NCBI GenBank assembly: GCA_030141605.1 | Contig: JAQGDQ010000342.1 | Location: 62,001-126,000, forward strand | Direction of reading: 5' to 3' | DNA: 64,000 nt | Source of the DNA: Tubiluchus corallicola | Taxonomy: Eukaryota > Animalia > Priapulida | Part shown: positions 22,817 to 36,700 of the stretch, in pieces | Layout: every line of letters starts with the position of its first letter | Position numbering within the stretch: position 1 is the stretch's first letter | Notes under the pieces: model-generated | What the model was told of the DNA's origin: nothing | What the model saw: the letters and a program-made list of their open reading frames with translations, nothing else | The model's database searches: none | Position numbers and translations under genes: made by a program

Positions 22817-25558
22817 GAGAGGGAGAGACAGAGACAGGGAGAGAGAGGGGGAGAGAGAGAGAGACAGAGAAGGAGAGAGACTGAGAGGGGGGAGAGAGAA
22901 AGAGAGGGAGACGGAGACGGAGAAAGAGAGGGAGACGGAGAGAGAGAGAGAGAGAGAGGGGGGGGAGGGAGGGAGGTAGGGAGGTAGGGAGGGAGGGAGA
23001 GAGAGAGAGAAGGGCTGACAGCGATTGTCAAACAGGAGGATCAATTCATAAGACTAGGGTGTAAAATAGAACTAAACACTTCAAAAAAATTTACTAAACA
23101 ATCTCATACATTGCGCCTTTAATACGGAAGACTTAGGGACAGCACAGGCAAAATGGACAACAAGAGGGTTAACCTGAGACCACTTTGTCATATAAAAAAT
23201 ATTTGTTCAACTGTAAAAACACAATAACTTAAAAGTACAAAAACAGTGACTTTACAGCATGAGAAAGCTACTTCCTGTAAGGCAAAAATGAATCGACATA
23301 CCACTTAAACCTACACAAACGGCTGCCAGCCCGTAATCACCATGAATTTCTTTCACCAAATCTTTTATTTTCCACGCAAACTGTTCGCCGCTAAAATTTG
23401 TATTTTTGATGAAATTCAGCTGTGCAAATCTCGAGGGAAACACAACTTCCACAACAAGATACCTGCAAAGTGCCAAACATTCTACGGTAAAAATGAAATT
23501 AAAATTCTCAATAACTTAATGACGTACTTACACATTGATAAGCGTGGCAATTAATAATAACAAATTCAATGTGCCGTATGTTAAACAGTAATAACTACAA
23601 GAAGCTGACAGGCAGCCAGTTTGGTAATAAAAATATTATATTGCTAATTATATTAAAGCTTCACAGTTATTTTAATGACTTATAAACGTCAGAGTTTTCC
23701 GACTGCACTGCAATTAGTGTTCAGTTCAACTTTTACTAAACTCACTATTTCGCGATGGGTCGAGCCGATCAGTGATCGCCTGATCGGTTAACAAATTCTG
23801 ACAGCTCTTCATTAAATTATTGATCTGTTCGATAAACTGTTGAGCCGATAACGACACATTTTGCCGATACGGAAATCATACCCAGCTGATAAGGCTGTAC
23901 ATTCATAAGGAAGTGTAAACAAGCTACTTAAAACGTATAGCAAACGTTTTAAATATTTAGCACATTGTTAGAATAAAACTATTTACGAGTGGCAACCATT
24001 TATTTGGCTTAATTGCTTTCCTGGTGAGATTTCACGCTCAAGATACACTGGCCAAACATATGCAGCATAAAAATAAGATCATTTAATACTTACTGCACAA
24101 ATTTTCTTCCTTTTGTTTTTTCTTGTTGTGCATTCATTATTTAACTACATTTTCGTTCATTTGCTGCATTTTAGTTCACTCGCTGCATTTATGATTTAAC
24201 CAGATTGATTGTTTTTTTCTTGTTGCATTCATGACTTCTTCAGTTGTTGTTTTAATATTTAACTGCATTATTTACTTGCTTTTTTTCATTGGTAAAATTA
24301 TAATATAACTGCTTTGCATTTTGTTTATTTGCTACACTTAAGACCAAACCACGTATTTATTCACTTAACCATGTAGTCTGCCGTGCTTTATAATATTTCT
24401 ATATATTTAAGTTATATAGGGGTGGCTGACTCGATGACCCCCTGGTCTTTCGCCACCCCATCTCTACATACTTTACATAATTTGCTGTATTTGCGCTATA
24501 AATATATATTAGAGATGAATAAAACATTTGAATTGAATTGAATTAATATGTAGTCCAGTGAGGCTTCAATGTTCCAATGATACATTTGGTTTTTATTTGG
24601 CTTTAGTGATAAAATTATTAAACTCCTAAAAATCAGACTAATAAATGACGAAATTTCAACATCGAAGTCTTGTGGGTTAATATCTTTTATTGGCTCGTTA
24701 CCAAAAAACGCTTATAAGCCCAATGCAACCGTTATAGTGAACTGAAAATGAACAGGATGCCCCACAAGCACCCTGTTAAGTTCAAATCAAAATTTTTAGG
24801 TTAAAAAGTTGGGCAACTGCAGTTCTACTCAGTGAATGGACAGACGACCATAAAAGAAATTTGTGCTTTAGCTCTACAGATAGTTATGTTTTTTCAACTC
24901 CATGAAAGCAGGCCAGGTTTTGCTAGGCCAATGCCATTCCTCAGTAAAATTTTCATAGAGGGTGCGACAACATTAAATAAAGGCTAGCTTTACTTGCCTT
25001 CACTAAATGAAAGATGACTGCTTTACCATGGTAGTATATAGGTTCGTATATGGTATGCTATGTCTTAAAACTGTCTTTCTACATTCATTACTACAACATT
25101 GGAGATAATTTAATTTTAATTTTCTTTTATTCTCTTTTTTCAATTCCATTACATTCAATTTTACACTTAAATACTATATGCTATGAAAATATTGTTAATA
25201 GTTGTATGACATAACAAGTGCCTCTTTTATGATTCATGCACTTTAGAGAAGGGTAGCTTCCTCGAGGCTGTTTACACACTTAAGCAACTATTATTGTCAG
25301 CATTGTACATTATACTTTTTTGAGTTGCATGTGTGAAATAAACTGCTCTTATGTCTTAGAAAGAAGAAAATCCGTCAAATTTGAAAATTTGACACACAAG
25401 TGAAAAAAGAAACAATGTCAACATACAATTTGAATGAAACTGGATCCAACGTAAAGTGTGTCAAGCCAGCAGCAAAATCATCTGTCTTAATCTAAAAAAA
25501 CTATTACCATCGCAGTTGTCATAGTTATAAATTCGTACCTGTTTTTAATTCTAACCAT
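17931..25558 (-). CDS. POP5: Ribonuclease P/MRP protein subunit POP5, 162 aa; exons 25539-25558, 23302-23462, 21721-21858, 20771-20854, 17931-18016
   Basis: MVRIKNR|YLVVEV...IHGDYGLAAV...|VIYLNPYTNILFIKCRR...SLPF...KTLYVG|GTIRNCEKFLRNYNRQQL...DP|EERKQIQQSI...DY*. Matches the POP5/Rpp14 family pattern; GT-AG introns with phases 2,1,1,1. Confidence 0.92.
18707..19927. mobile_element. Tc1/mariner-like non-autonomous element with a nested LINE fragment
   Basis: tataccgggtggcacaaaaagatgtgcc ... ggcacattttttctgcgccaaccggtata imperfect TIRs. Confidence 0.65.
19090..19715 (+). mobile_element. CR1/L2-group LINE 3' fragment
   Basis: ORF 19144-19458 (LKTLKV...FMY...LP..F..YF...HYTR...KY.AIK) followed by aataaa and a (TAA)n tail. 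Confidence 0.7.
20009..20600 (+). mobile_element. LINE (CR1/L2 group) ORF2 C-terminal fragment and 3' UTR
   Basis: LNYDLF...CNCG..ESVEHFLLHCPLY...LLFG...FILGTKRF, a zinc-knuckle-like LINE end. Confidence 0.7.
22071..22553. mobile_element. hAT (Charlie-like) MITE
   Basis: CAGGGGTGTGCAAATT...AATTTGCACACCACTG; GGCCCG subterminal motifs; 8-bp TSD atttaagt/gtttaagt. Confidence 0.85.
22748..23013. repeat. GA-rich polypurine microsatellite
   Basis: (GA)n/(GGGA)n tract. Confidence 0.95.
24288..24545 (+). mobile_element. Retroposon 3' end with (TTGAA)n tail; second copy at 42006-42252
   Basis: Two closely similar ~250-bp copies ending aataaaa..tttgaattgaattg. Confidence 0.7.
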
Positions 25559-26039
25559 GACGCGCAAGCACGGCAAAAATCTGCATCCGGTGCTGGCTGT
25601 CCTACAACATCTCGGCCGTCTGTTGATTTACCAAACATAGAATGTCGCCCAGCTAAAGCTGAAATTTGTCAAATAAGTTTATAATATAAACAGCAAACTC
25701 TTACGAATTCAATGATAAATTGCGCCCCAGAGTGCACCTGCCCCACGGCACTATAGCCTCGTCCAGCTAAACGCTGTAGAAAGTTAATTTATAAACACTA
25801 TAATCATTTCTGTACAGGACAAGGACGTTAAGTAATTAATAGCAATATGAGATTCAAGTCAATTTTACTAGCAAAATCTTAATAACTAAATACACTACCA
25901 TGCGCATACACTATTGCACATGGCGGCAGACATGATTGCAAAACAGAAAACTTCGATACGATTAACCAGGCAAAGCGAGCTTCCTAGTTTGGATACTCTG
26001 CCATGGATACGCTCGGTCCCCTTCACCAATGAGTCCATG

Positions 26040-27100
26040 ATTCAGGAAGAAACAACAGATTGAACATTAGGTTGTGAGAAATAGGAAAAAATAATAAACG
26101 AGTATAATGTAGGGATAGAGACTATTAAAACAGCAGAAATAGATACACTTTAACGATTAGTAAGAGTGTAGAGAATTAAGGAATCAAGAGAAAATACAAT
26201 ACCTTATCCAAAGAAAATTAATAAGGACCTAGATGGCAACTATCTGTAAACTGTCCTCTCTCGAATGCCTTTTGAAGCTGTCAGCTGATGAAGAACTGAT
26301 GGTTGATGATGAATTGTGATCGAATGGCTGAATTACGCTATGCCCAAAGAAGTGTAATCTGATGCTGGCTTTAGCTGGTTGCACAAATAGCTTGGACTCA
26401 TAACCACAAAGAATTCTGTGAAGCATGGAAAAAACTCTGTCGCTGTCAGGACAGTATTTCCAATAATTATTTTAAAGCACTTCAAAAGGTCTACACTCTC
26501 ATCACGCCTTTGTTGTGTGAGAACGAAATCGAAGCAAGACGAATACGTCTATCCTGAGTTCTTTCGAGAGCATACTTGCCTGGGGTGATCATACAACCGA
26601 CGCATTTGCTAGAATGAGTCGAACAACAGCTTTAAATTATTGCTGCATTTCTCGATATCGCACAATGCTTAATCATGCCAATACGATGTTTTGCTTTTGC
26701 AATGGTAAGGTGCACATAGGAATTACATTTGAGGTCATAAGAAATCATTACTCCCAAGTCTCTAATACAGTTTTTTCAGCGACTTGCACATTATTAGAAA
26801 GTATAAGGGCATACTCTAAGTAAGACATATTTACTGGGTTTAAGGGTCATCAACCATTTACTGGACAGTCTAAAATATCATTCAAGTTACGTTGTAAAAT
26901 GTAACAATGAAGAAATTGGACGAAAGGGCTTTAAATCATCAACAAGTAATGGGATACTATAGTCCCTGTGAAAATACAATCTAGGATGCTATTAATAAAA
27001 ATAAGGAAGCAGTATGGGCCACTCAAGGTTCCATTCGCCATTCAGTAGATATACCATTAAGAACGAAACGTGGAAACGAAGGGCAAGATAGTAACTGAGT
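26040..27100 (-). mobile_element. Decayed CR1-like LINE remnant
   Basis: Broken RT C-terminal-like stretches on the minus strand with many stops; boundaries approximate. Confidence 0.4.
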
Positions 27101-27519
27101 CACTTAAGACGATTACCTCTTATCATAAGTAAGAGACGTTGGTGGGAACAGAATCAAATGAGCTGAATTATATAGCTGTTACAGGGAAATGTAATAAATG
27201 GGAAGGGTGATTCCTCGGATGCAGAACTAGCAATGATCATAATAATCACGTCAAGACAAAACAATCTACTCGTTCACACTTAGGTTGTGCTCATCTTGGA
27301 AAGGTAAAGAAAAGTCAGTGAATTGCTGAACCGCTGAGTCAAAATCGGCGAGCAAACAGACAGCAGCAAAAAGTGCTTGTTTGTGAGATCAATTACATAA
27401 TTTTACTTTACTTGCAAATCACACTTTACTTGCACTATTTCTACAGTTTCCTCGCCTTTGATTACAATTTTAACTACAATACTTCATCGACATGCATTCT
27501 AACTTTTTGGAGGATAAAT

Positions 27520-27760
27520 AACGTTTATCAATATTTGAACTGCTTATGTCTTGCACTGGCGGGCCCCATTTATTGACACATATTGCATGGCATTCAAAAA
27601 GGTGTTCCGTAGTATCCTGTTCTCTGTAACATAATAAACACTTAAAGTTATTCTCATGTAAGTTTTTAAAATTTGCTTTGACATTAACCATGTTAAGCCT
27701 TATAATCTAGCAATAGTTTCCGTTGTTTCGTCTAATCGACTTTTTTCAGCATAGACTTGT
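27520..27760 (-). mobile_element. LINE ORF C-terminal fragment
   Basis: MVNVKANFKN...CLLC...DTTEHLFEC, a CCHC-type LINE terminus. Confidence 0.55.
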
Positions 27761-28425
27761 CTATGAAAACTTATTTTTTAGGAATCTTAATTTTGTCATG
27801 GTTTCCGATTGATTTTATTTTTTTATTTTATTTTTAACACTTTTAACTCACCCTTGTAGCTACCCCCATTATTCTGACTATTATTGTAGCTTTAATTTTG
27901 GCAGCTGTTGTGCAATTAATGAACCATTAATATACTTCTTACACTTAGAGTTTGTGAATGAATTCATGTGACCAAATTTATGTCAGCGTTGTATTTCAGC
28001 ATAACGTGATTAATTTCATAGTTTATTTGGACCTGTAGGACTTGCTTAGCCAATCTTTCATTGTTGGAATTCATTAGCAGGTGGTAATACATTTATTTGT
28101 AATCTGACCTACATACCATAGGCCATGTTCTTGTTTCGGACAATTAACATACCCCAATATGTTGGCATAAAGTTTTTGATAATGCTTTTCTTTGTATACC
28201 TTCCAATTCATCCAGTTCAGTTTTGATGAGATTGATCCAAGTCTCTCCGTTATTCATTACAGATGGCACTATTGTAGTTTCATATAACATTAACCCGCAC
28301 AGCAGTAACAGTAATGCATGCTTTTCTTGCGGCAGTACGACAATATTCGGAAACCTCCTAAATAGCTTGTTGCTCCGTTTCTGCTTTTCCGACAGACGCG
28401 CTCAAAATATTAATTAGCGTAAAAC

Positions 28426-31400
28426 ATGGCGTCAGCGTTGCATTGGATTCCAGATTCTCTTTATAATACTTCTATAAATAGGGTAGTTAATCATTATTCC
28501 AGTGCCAGAAGAGAACTTAGAACATTCCCGGAGAATGTACAGTTTGATGTGTATTATAAGGTAAGGGTGTCAATTTCTTTTGTTTATTATTATTCTTTAT
28601 TGGCTAAGTTTACTTTTTGGTTTCACCATAATTTGTGTAATTTGATGTACCAACTAAAACAAAATAGTATAAAATCAAGTAGTTAGCAAATTCATCATCC
28701 GATTTCACATTTTATAATGCTGTTTGTTTCGTTCTTTTCATTGCTTCGACAGTGTCTAGTATCTGAGAACGATGTACATGTATAAGCAGTAATTTTCGTA
28801 CTTCCCCGGGTACATGTATACTTTTTAATTTTATGGATTTTTATAATACACCATTCTGAGTGCAGCTTTCTTTATAAGTGCACTTACGAAGCCATCAACT
28901 ATAGATTTATTAATATTAATTATAATAATTATTATAATTTTTTCATGAGTTTATTTATATAAAATTTTATAAAAATATTAATAATACTAATAGAATCACT
29001 AGTTAGAACTTTCAGTTTACCTGCTTCTATCTACCTGTCGCCAGCATTTCTCGGAAGTTGATAGTTGGCAAAGGGGATAGGATATGGATCCACATCAAAG
29101 CATTGGTTTTGGGGTCAGTTGGTGCCAATTTGAATTTTTTGCAATTTTTAAAGAATCTCGTATAAAGATAACATTCTGTAATTTGCCTGCTGAAGTTAAG
29201 GCGAGTGATAAACGCTAATGACAGCCAAACGATTAGGCGAATTATCAAGTGCTGTATCAGGCAACAACAATCAATAACACATTTTTTTAATTTTAATCCA
29301 CATACATTGTAACCTGCCCACATTTAAAGTTAGATGTTAAAAATTAACCTTCGAGTTCTGTCTTTCGCAGTGTACCGAGGTTACAAAAATAGATTCCATC
29401 TCTCCCAGCATAGGGCCTTTCTTCTCTCTGTACCTGGATATCTTGAAATAATTATGTGTTCGCTATATGGTTGAGGGTGTGTGTTTCTCAGAAATAAGTA
29501 TTACTGAGGGAAGGTAAAAATTATGTATGCTTGCAGTGACTAAAAGTATTTGCTGCATTTTTTACTAGACTCAAAGGACAAAAAACACTATTCATAATGC
29601 TTAAAAATATCTTGAAATTTTTGTATCACATTCTGTCTTATTGCATAAAGAGCTTCAGTGAGCAACAACGCTGTATAAAACTTACAATTTTAAACTGGAT
29701 GATCATTAGGTGCAGCCATTTTAACGGTAAGTCATTTGAAACAAGTTTAAATAACATTGCGTAAAGTTCGGAAAAATAACCAGCGCATTCGTAATGCACG
29801 CCTCATGAAATAAGCAAAAGTATGATTTACTTTATCTTGTCAATAAGATCAGTAATATATGTTTTGGTGAGTCAGTGAGTGCACACTGGGATAGTGAAGG
29901 TGGCATGAATATTTTAAATTTATTCACTCTATATATTTAAATTATTAATTTAAATTAATAACTGTAATTCCAGTTACACGAATCTTTCAAACAGGTAAGT
30001 GCAATGCTAAGTAATATTTTAGGATATACAAAATTTCCTTTTAGTGCCTTGAATACGAAGGTTTGCAGTGAATTGGTAAAATATCTAAACACTAAATTAC
30101 TAGTGTTTTAGTATGGGACATAGAAATGTACAAGTTTTACCAAGTTTTTGCTCTATAATCTGTAAATAGGTGTGCCAATTGATGTAATTTTTCCACACTT
30201 CAGTATGCGTGTAGTTGTGTATTGTGCTGTCATGCATTTGTGATAAATCATTGAATATTGGTATTGAAAGGCTACAAATGCAAATTTTATAATAAAATAA
30301 TAGTAAATTTGTCAGTTGTTTTTAAATAACTAGTTTCTGAGAGAATTGTAGACACGTGGCTTAATCTCAGAGCTCTGGTTTTTAAATACAGTATTATATT
30401 CAAAAACATTGTAGGCCTACTGCTTAATCTCCATTTATATAGGTTTTACATGTCAAATGTAGACCTGCGTTAACTCAAATGTAGATTTAGGTAATTCAAA
30501 TGTGTCTTGGTAACTCAAATGTAGATTTAGGTAATTCAAATGTGTCTTGGTAACTCAAATGTAGACTTAGGTAGTTCAAATGTGTTAACAATGGTTTTCA
30601 ACAAATCTTGAGCGCTTTTGGTAAGTCATTTGAAATTCTTTTGTCTACATTTGACTTACCTAAGTCACATTTGAGTTACCAAAACACATTCGATATTCCT
30701 GTGTCTACATTTGACTTACCTAAGTCACATTTGAGTTACCAAAACACATTCGATATTCCTATGTCTACATTTGGCTTACCTAAGTCACATTTGAACTTTC
30801 CTGTGTCGACATTTGACGTGTAAAACCTATACATGATTTCATTGAACTCATGCATTTTGTTGTGATGTTGTGTAGGGTTTAAATGTTTTTGGCTTTTTTA
30901 CCTTTAGTGTTGACTAAGCAAGTCAGCAGTGTCATATTTGACTTTCGTTATATTTACTCAGAATATTGGCAGTATAAACATGCCATCGTGTTCACCGATA
31001 GTGTGAAGTCAGTAACCGGTTTAGTGTTTGGGCACCTCCGAAGTATAGTGTAAGATAATGAGTGAAATGATATGTATGTGCTACGTCATGATTTACTTCA
31101 GTTTTAATTACAAAATAATAAGCTATTATATAAAATTTGTTGCTACTTGTCTTTGGTGACAAGTAGCGTAATGAAACTTAGCAAAATCTTACAGAATTGT
31201 AATATCTGAAAATTTTGATTTACTAATGTTGCTAAAATAGTTTTCCAAGTTCAATTTAAAGCACAAAACGTACTAACGTAAAGCAAAAAACTGGTTTTGA
31301 AATTTTGTATCACCTACATTCTCTCTTATTGTGCACAGAGCTTGCATTAACAGTAACGCTGTTTATGTAGTGTCCTGAAAAACTCCCGCGCTGGCTGTTA

Positions 31401-33691
31401 GGAGCAGCCATTTTGACGCTAGATTGTTTTAAACAAGTTTGTATAACATTACGTAAAGTTGGAGTGTTAGAGTCAGAGCATATGTAGTGCGCTCTTCACT
31501 AACTAAGCAAAAGTTTAAATGACTTTATATTGTCATATATATCAATATTGTGTTTTCTGGTGAACAATTGGTGCTCACTGGGATGCAATACTGTTTTAAG
31601 AGGTGGAGCGAATGTTTTAAGTTAAGAAATTTGTTTTCTAATTGCATAACTCTTTCAAACCTTTAAGCACAATGCTAAATAATATAATTTTATATGGAAA
31701 GCTTTTGAGACATGCTTTAAAATTTCCTTTTCTTCCCTTTTAGCTTTGGCAATTACTGTATCTTGTTCAACTTAAACAGGTATTGCTTTTTGACGACGTT
31801 ATTAAATTGTCTGTGGCATATATGCTTGTCAGTTTTAATAAGTAGCTCAGGCATCAGTTTGGATGCCTAGGGGGGGTTGTGTAAGATTTCATTCTCTCAA
31901 CCTAGAAGTTGCGAATTGCATTTAACAAAAACCAGGTTTACAATTTTACTATTTAATAATCAATTATTAGAGGATGTTCTGTTGCATCTGAAGTGCCATC
32001 AAGTTAAAGTGGAGTATAGCATATGTGATAATTAGATGTTTTACTATTCCGTAGAACTCTGCCAAGCTACTAAATAAGTACGATTCAGTGCTAGCATGGT
32101 GACTGTTGTTCATAGAGTCAGATTATCCTACAGGCTAGTATAGGCTGCAGCCTAGCGCCCTTCAAGCTTTGGCAACATTTGATAAAAAAATCTGTTTTTT
32201 TTTCACTACGGTTGAATAGAAATTGGTGCTCATTTGGTTTGTAATATAAATATTAAAATAGTGGTACTTTTAAAATGTAAAGAATATTTTATATTGGCAA
32301 CAAAACATAGCTAATTTAGTTTGTTTGAATAATTTGCGAATAAGTCAAGTTCAAGCTATGTAAAGGTCGCTAAAATGTATCATGAGTAAAGAATATTCAA
32401 GACAGGTGTGGGCCAGTTAGAGGGTGGCTGAGAGGGTCCAGAATTTCATTAGCCCAGTGGCCCCAAAAGGTCATAATCTGACCATGGTTGTACATGTAGT
32501 ACACTTGCTGTACTTCATTAAATCTCTTACATATGAAAGGGAAACAAGACAGTATCTCGGACCGTACCATCTTAATTTTCTCATTACAATCATTACAAAC
32601 AAAGTTGGTCTACATTATTTTCACCTTGAGACTCTAAACTTCTACTGCGGTGATTAGTTTGTGCCTCTGGCATGGTATGTAACCAGTACTCTAGGAGAGA
32701 AAGTCGGTTTGTCATATGTTGCTAATTTGGCTTATGGCATTATTCCGCATACAGACTAATGAGCTTTCTGTCGACAAGTTATATGCAAACTATCCAACAG
32801 TTGTTGCAAGTTGATTTCCTGCAAGTTACTGTCTACACTTCTCGCAGTCAATAGCAAAGTGAGTGTCAGCTCGCGCTTATTGTCGGAGAATAACTTGTAG
32901 CAAGTCTTGCTGTCTTAATCTAAACATGCTTGCGAGTTAGTTGGCCAAAAAACTCGCTAGTCTGAACACGCCTTTAGTTCGTGATTGCTAGAACTGATCA
33001 TTCTTCTTCTTCTTCCCAGCTTTTCCCTATGCGGGGTCGCCGTTTTGAATGAGTCTTCTCCACGCATTCCTGTGGTTGACCATCTCTTCATTTATGTCTT
33101 CCCTTCCCACATGATCTTCACCGACTCTTCTTTTCAGGTGTCCATACCATCGCCAATCTTGCGAGGCTTCCACTACTTTTACTGTTCCTCTGATATTATT
33201 ATTTCTAATATTATCTCTTCTTGTTATTCCCACCATCCATCTCAACATCCTCATCTCCACCACACCCATTTTCTTCTCTTCGGTCTTCTTTAGAGAAGCT
33301 GCTTCCAGCCCATAGATTAAAGCGGGTCTGACCACTTCTTTGCGGACTTTACCTTTAAGTCTCACCGACTTATTCATAGAAGGTTTTGGCACAGTTTTTA
33401 CAGGCGGATGCCCTTCCTGACCCTAACCCTCCCTATTTATCCTGGGCTTGGGACCGGCACTGATTTGGGCTGGCTTGCCCCCCCCCAGTGGCTAGGTTAG
33501 AACTGATCATTCTTATCGCTCCAAAAAATCAACCAACTCGTCGAGTGTGTTCCGACTATAAATGCATGACTCCGTAGCCCCCACAATCCTCTTAGAGCAA
33601 TGTCAAGTGGTATGTTCTGAATGAGAGAGCGAGAGAGAGAGAGAGAGAGAAATAGGGGGGCAGATATATATATATATATATATCTGCCCCC

Positions 33692-33755
<64 letters not shown>

Positions 33756-36700
33756 TAGTGGTTTGCCTGTTGAGTGTCTATTTTCTGATATCAGGATTTC
33801 ACTTATACTTGGGATACTTGTTTTTTTATACTTCCTATTTATCTTACACCAAGCTTTAAACTTTACCTGTATTTTCCAAGGTTTGAGACCCCTGAAATCC
33901 ATTTCGTAGAATCAGCCACGAAAGGCTAAAGCCATTGCCATCTTTTAAAAGTAGTTCAAGAACAATATTGTTGCCAAACTTTTTAATTCATAGACAGAGC
34001 TCTTTAGTGTTTTAGTAATGCTTTTGTTTCTTGATATACATCAATTACAATTACTGTAGCAAATAATCGTCCCGTTTCTTCTACATATCACTATGTGTGG
34101 CCTTCATTTTGATGTCGGTGATTTTTGCCCAGCCATTTTGTCGTTTGAAAAGGATTATTTATAAAATACGTGATAAAAATTGCTAATGTGAAGTCCTGCT
34201 ACTATTACAAGGAAAAACTTTCGTAGGTGTGTAAACTGTCTCATTCAGGTATTTAGCTGCCTCGGGGGTAGTGAGATTAACCTACATAAAGCATCGATGG
34301 TTTGATTTTAGTGAAAGTGACTGCATTGATAATGTCTGCAGGCAAAACTGGGTCTACCTTGTTTATGCATCATCATGGTGGGAATCATTATGCCAGCAAG
34401 CGTGAACTTTTATTCTCAAGCACTTCAACTTCATTACCATGTCAGACTTTTAGTTCTCCCACCAAAATTCAGTTAATGATTGTTAATAATTATTAATGTT
34501 TTAAGCAATTTATGCTTTCATCCGTTAATGGTTAATCAATAAATTAATGGGCTGGCAGTTTTGTCATGGCATGCGTTGCTGAACAAGGGTCTGTTGTTGT
34601 GCAGAATTAAGAAATTTAGGTCATAGCTACTGCATTGCAAATCATATATAGGAACAGTACTTGTCAGCAACAAAATTAATTGTGTATGGTGCATTATTTT
34701 CTGACATGTGATGTTATATAAATTAGCTAAAGGCCAATACTCCATCTCCATAAGTTTATCCATCATTAACGTTGCCATTTTCGTTACAGCGTAACTTATT
34801 TTTTGTAATATCATAACAATTTCTTCATAACATTTTCTTTGTAATAAATTATTCGTTGCAAATTTTTTTAATACTAGTGGTGTAGGGCAGAATTTAATAA
34901 ATCTGGAACAGATTTGTAATTTCCCTTTAAACGTAAAATGTGCGCTGGTCAGGACGTTTCCTGTGTCTTAAAATATTGTTTTGAAATTGTTTTTAATTGG
35001 TTAAACTTACACATAGAGGCTAAGTAAGCATTGTATGGCTGTATAGGTTTATTTGTACATGTAGTGCTGCAACCAGGTTAAAAAGTGAAAGTTGTTGTGT
35101 CGGTTGAACTACTTTTGCAGCCAATTATCAGTAATTTCAATTCACCATTTCGAAATCGGTTAAATTTTGGGATTTAGAGCTGGGATTTTAGTGTTGGGAT
35201 TTGGATTAATACCATGCTTCTCTAGAAACAGGCTTTGTTTCTTTTTTTTCCAAGTAAATTTTCTGTAATATTGTGAATTGCAGTTAGACTCCCCGACACT
35301 CCAATTTCAACGTGCTATAATTATTTTTGTTGGTTCACTGACCTGAGTAATAACATAGCATCCTATCTGGTAACATAGTCATTAAAGTGATATATTTACA
35401 ACAGTGGTAAGATATATATAATGAAACTTTCTAAAATTTTTAAATAGCACTGTTAAAATTAACAAATTTGGCCTATAGTTCTGACGGTGTAACTAGTGAC
35501 ATCTTGTGGCCATGCAGTGATTTAAAGTCGTGACTGGAAATATGCAGAGGAGTTATACAATTGCTATTTTTCAAATTTTTAGGCCTGAATTGTTTAAACT
35601 CATGCATGTATTGTTTCTTATTTCAAGTTTCAAGATAGTAGTATCAAAAGTTCACATGTTTAGATGTTTTTTCACACTCTAGCCACCTAAACCATACAGT
35701 ATAACCTATACTTAGCTCCAGCTGCCATGTAATTATGGATCCCAGTGTACTTACACATTGAGGCTAAGTAAGTACTGTATTGCTGTATAGGTTTATTTGT
35801 GCATGGAGTGCTGCAACCAGGTTAAAAAGTGAAAGTTGTTGCCGGTTGAACTACTTTTGCAGCCAATTATCAGTAACCGAATTCACTAAGCAGGGTGGGA
35901 GCATAGTACTGGGTTGCATGCCTTTTCTCATCCAAAAATTGTTTTCATATACAACATAATTTTCATTTCTTTATACTAAAAAGCCTAAGATGAACAGACT
36001 AAAACAGATTTGTACCACAGGCTTGTACACACACTAAAATTACAATGTATGTGTAGAATTAATAATTAGGCATTGGACAAATTTGAAATTTTACATTGGT
36101 AAAATGCATTATACTCTGTAAGCTAGTAGTTTCCTAACTTATTGATAATTGTCAATGCCAGAATATTTTGGTCTCTTCAATATATCTCTACACGAATTGA
36201 AATATGAGAACATTTTGATCATGGCTTAGCTGCGGATTACCAGATAGGAGGGTTCATATTTTATCCTGTATTGAAATTATTAAAATCAGCAGTTACAGGG
36301 ATGAGAGTTTTCCGCGTATACGCGGAATTCCAAGTTTTTGGAAGACCAGTAGCGCCATTTTTGTAAATCGCGTAAATTCGTTGAGAAAATTTTTACGGAC
36401 CCAGTGCATTATTTCACAAGCTGACCGCTAGTTGGCAGGCCGTCACTTTGTTTACATCACATACATCAGTGTAAACACGTGTATATCTCTATGTATAAAA
36501 ATATAGAATCAATTGTGCAGAGTTATTTGAGTCAATTGCAGACAGTTTTTATATACTTTTGCATAGGAGTGGCCAGTACTTAGGCGTTTTTGAGACAATT
36601 AGGTATCATGTATCCTTGATAGTTGGGTATTTTAAATTATGCATGAAACAAGGTAATTGATATTTTAAGTCCACTTAGAGGCTTTCTATGGTCACAAAAT

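Noticed and set aside
22676-23044. Ser/Leu- and Arg/Glu-rich ORFs
   Set aside because: Translation of a (GA)n microsatellite in a POP5 intron.
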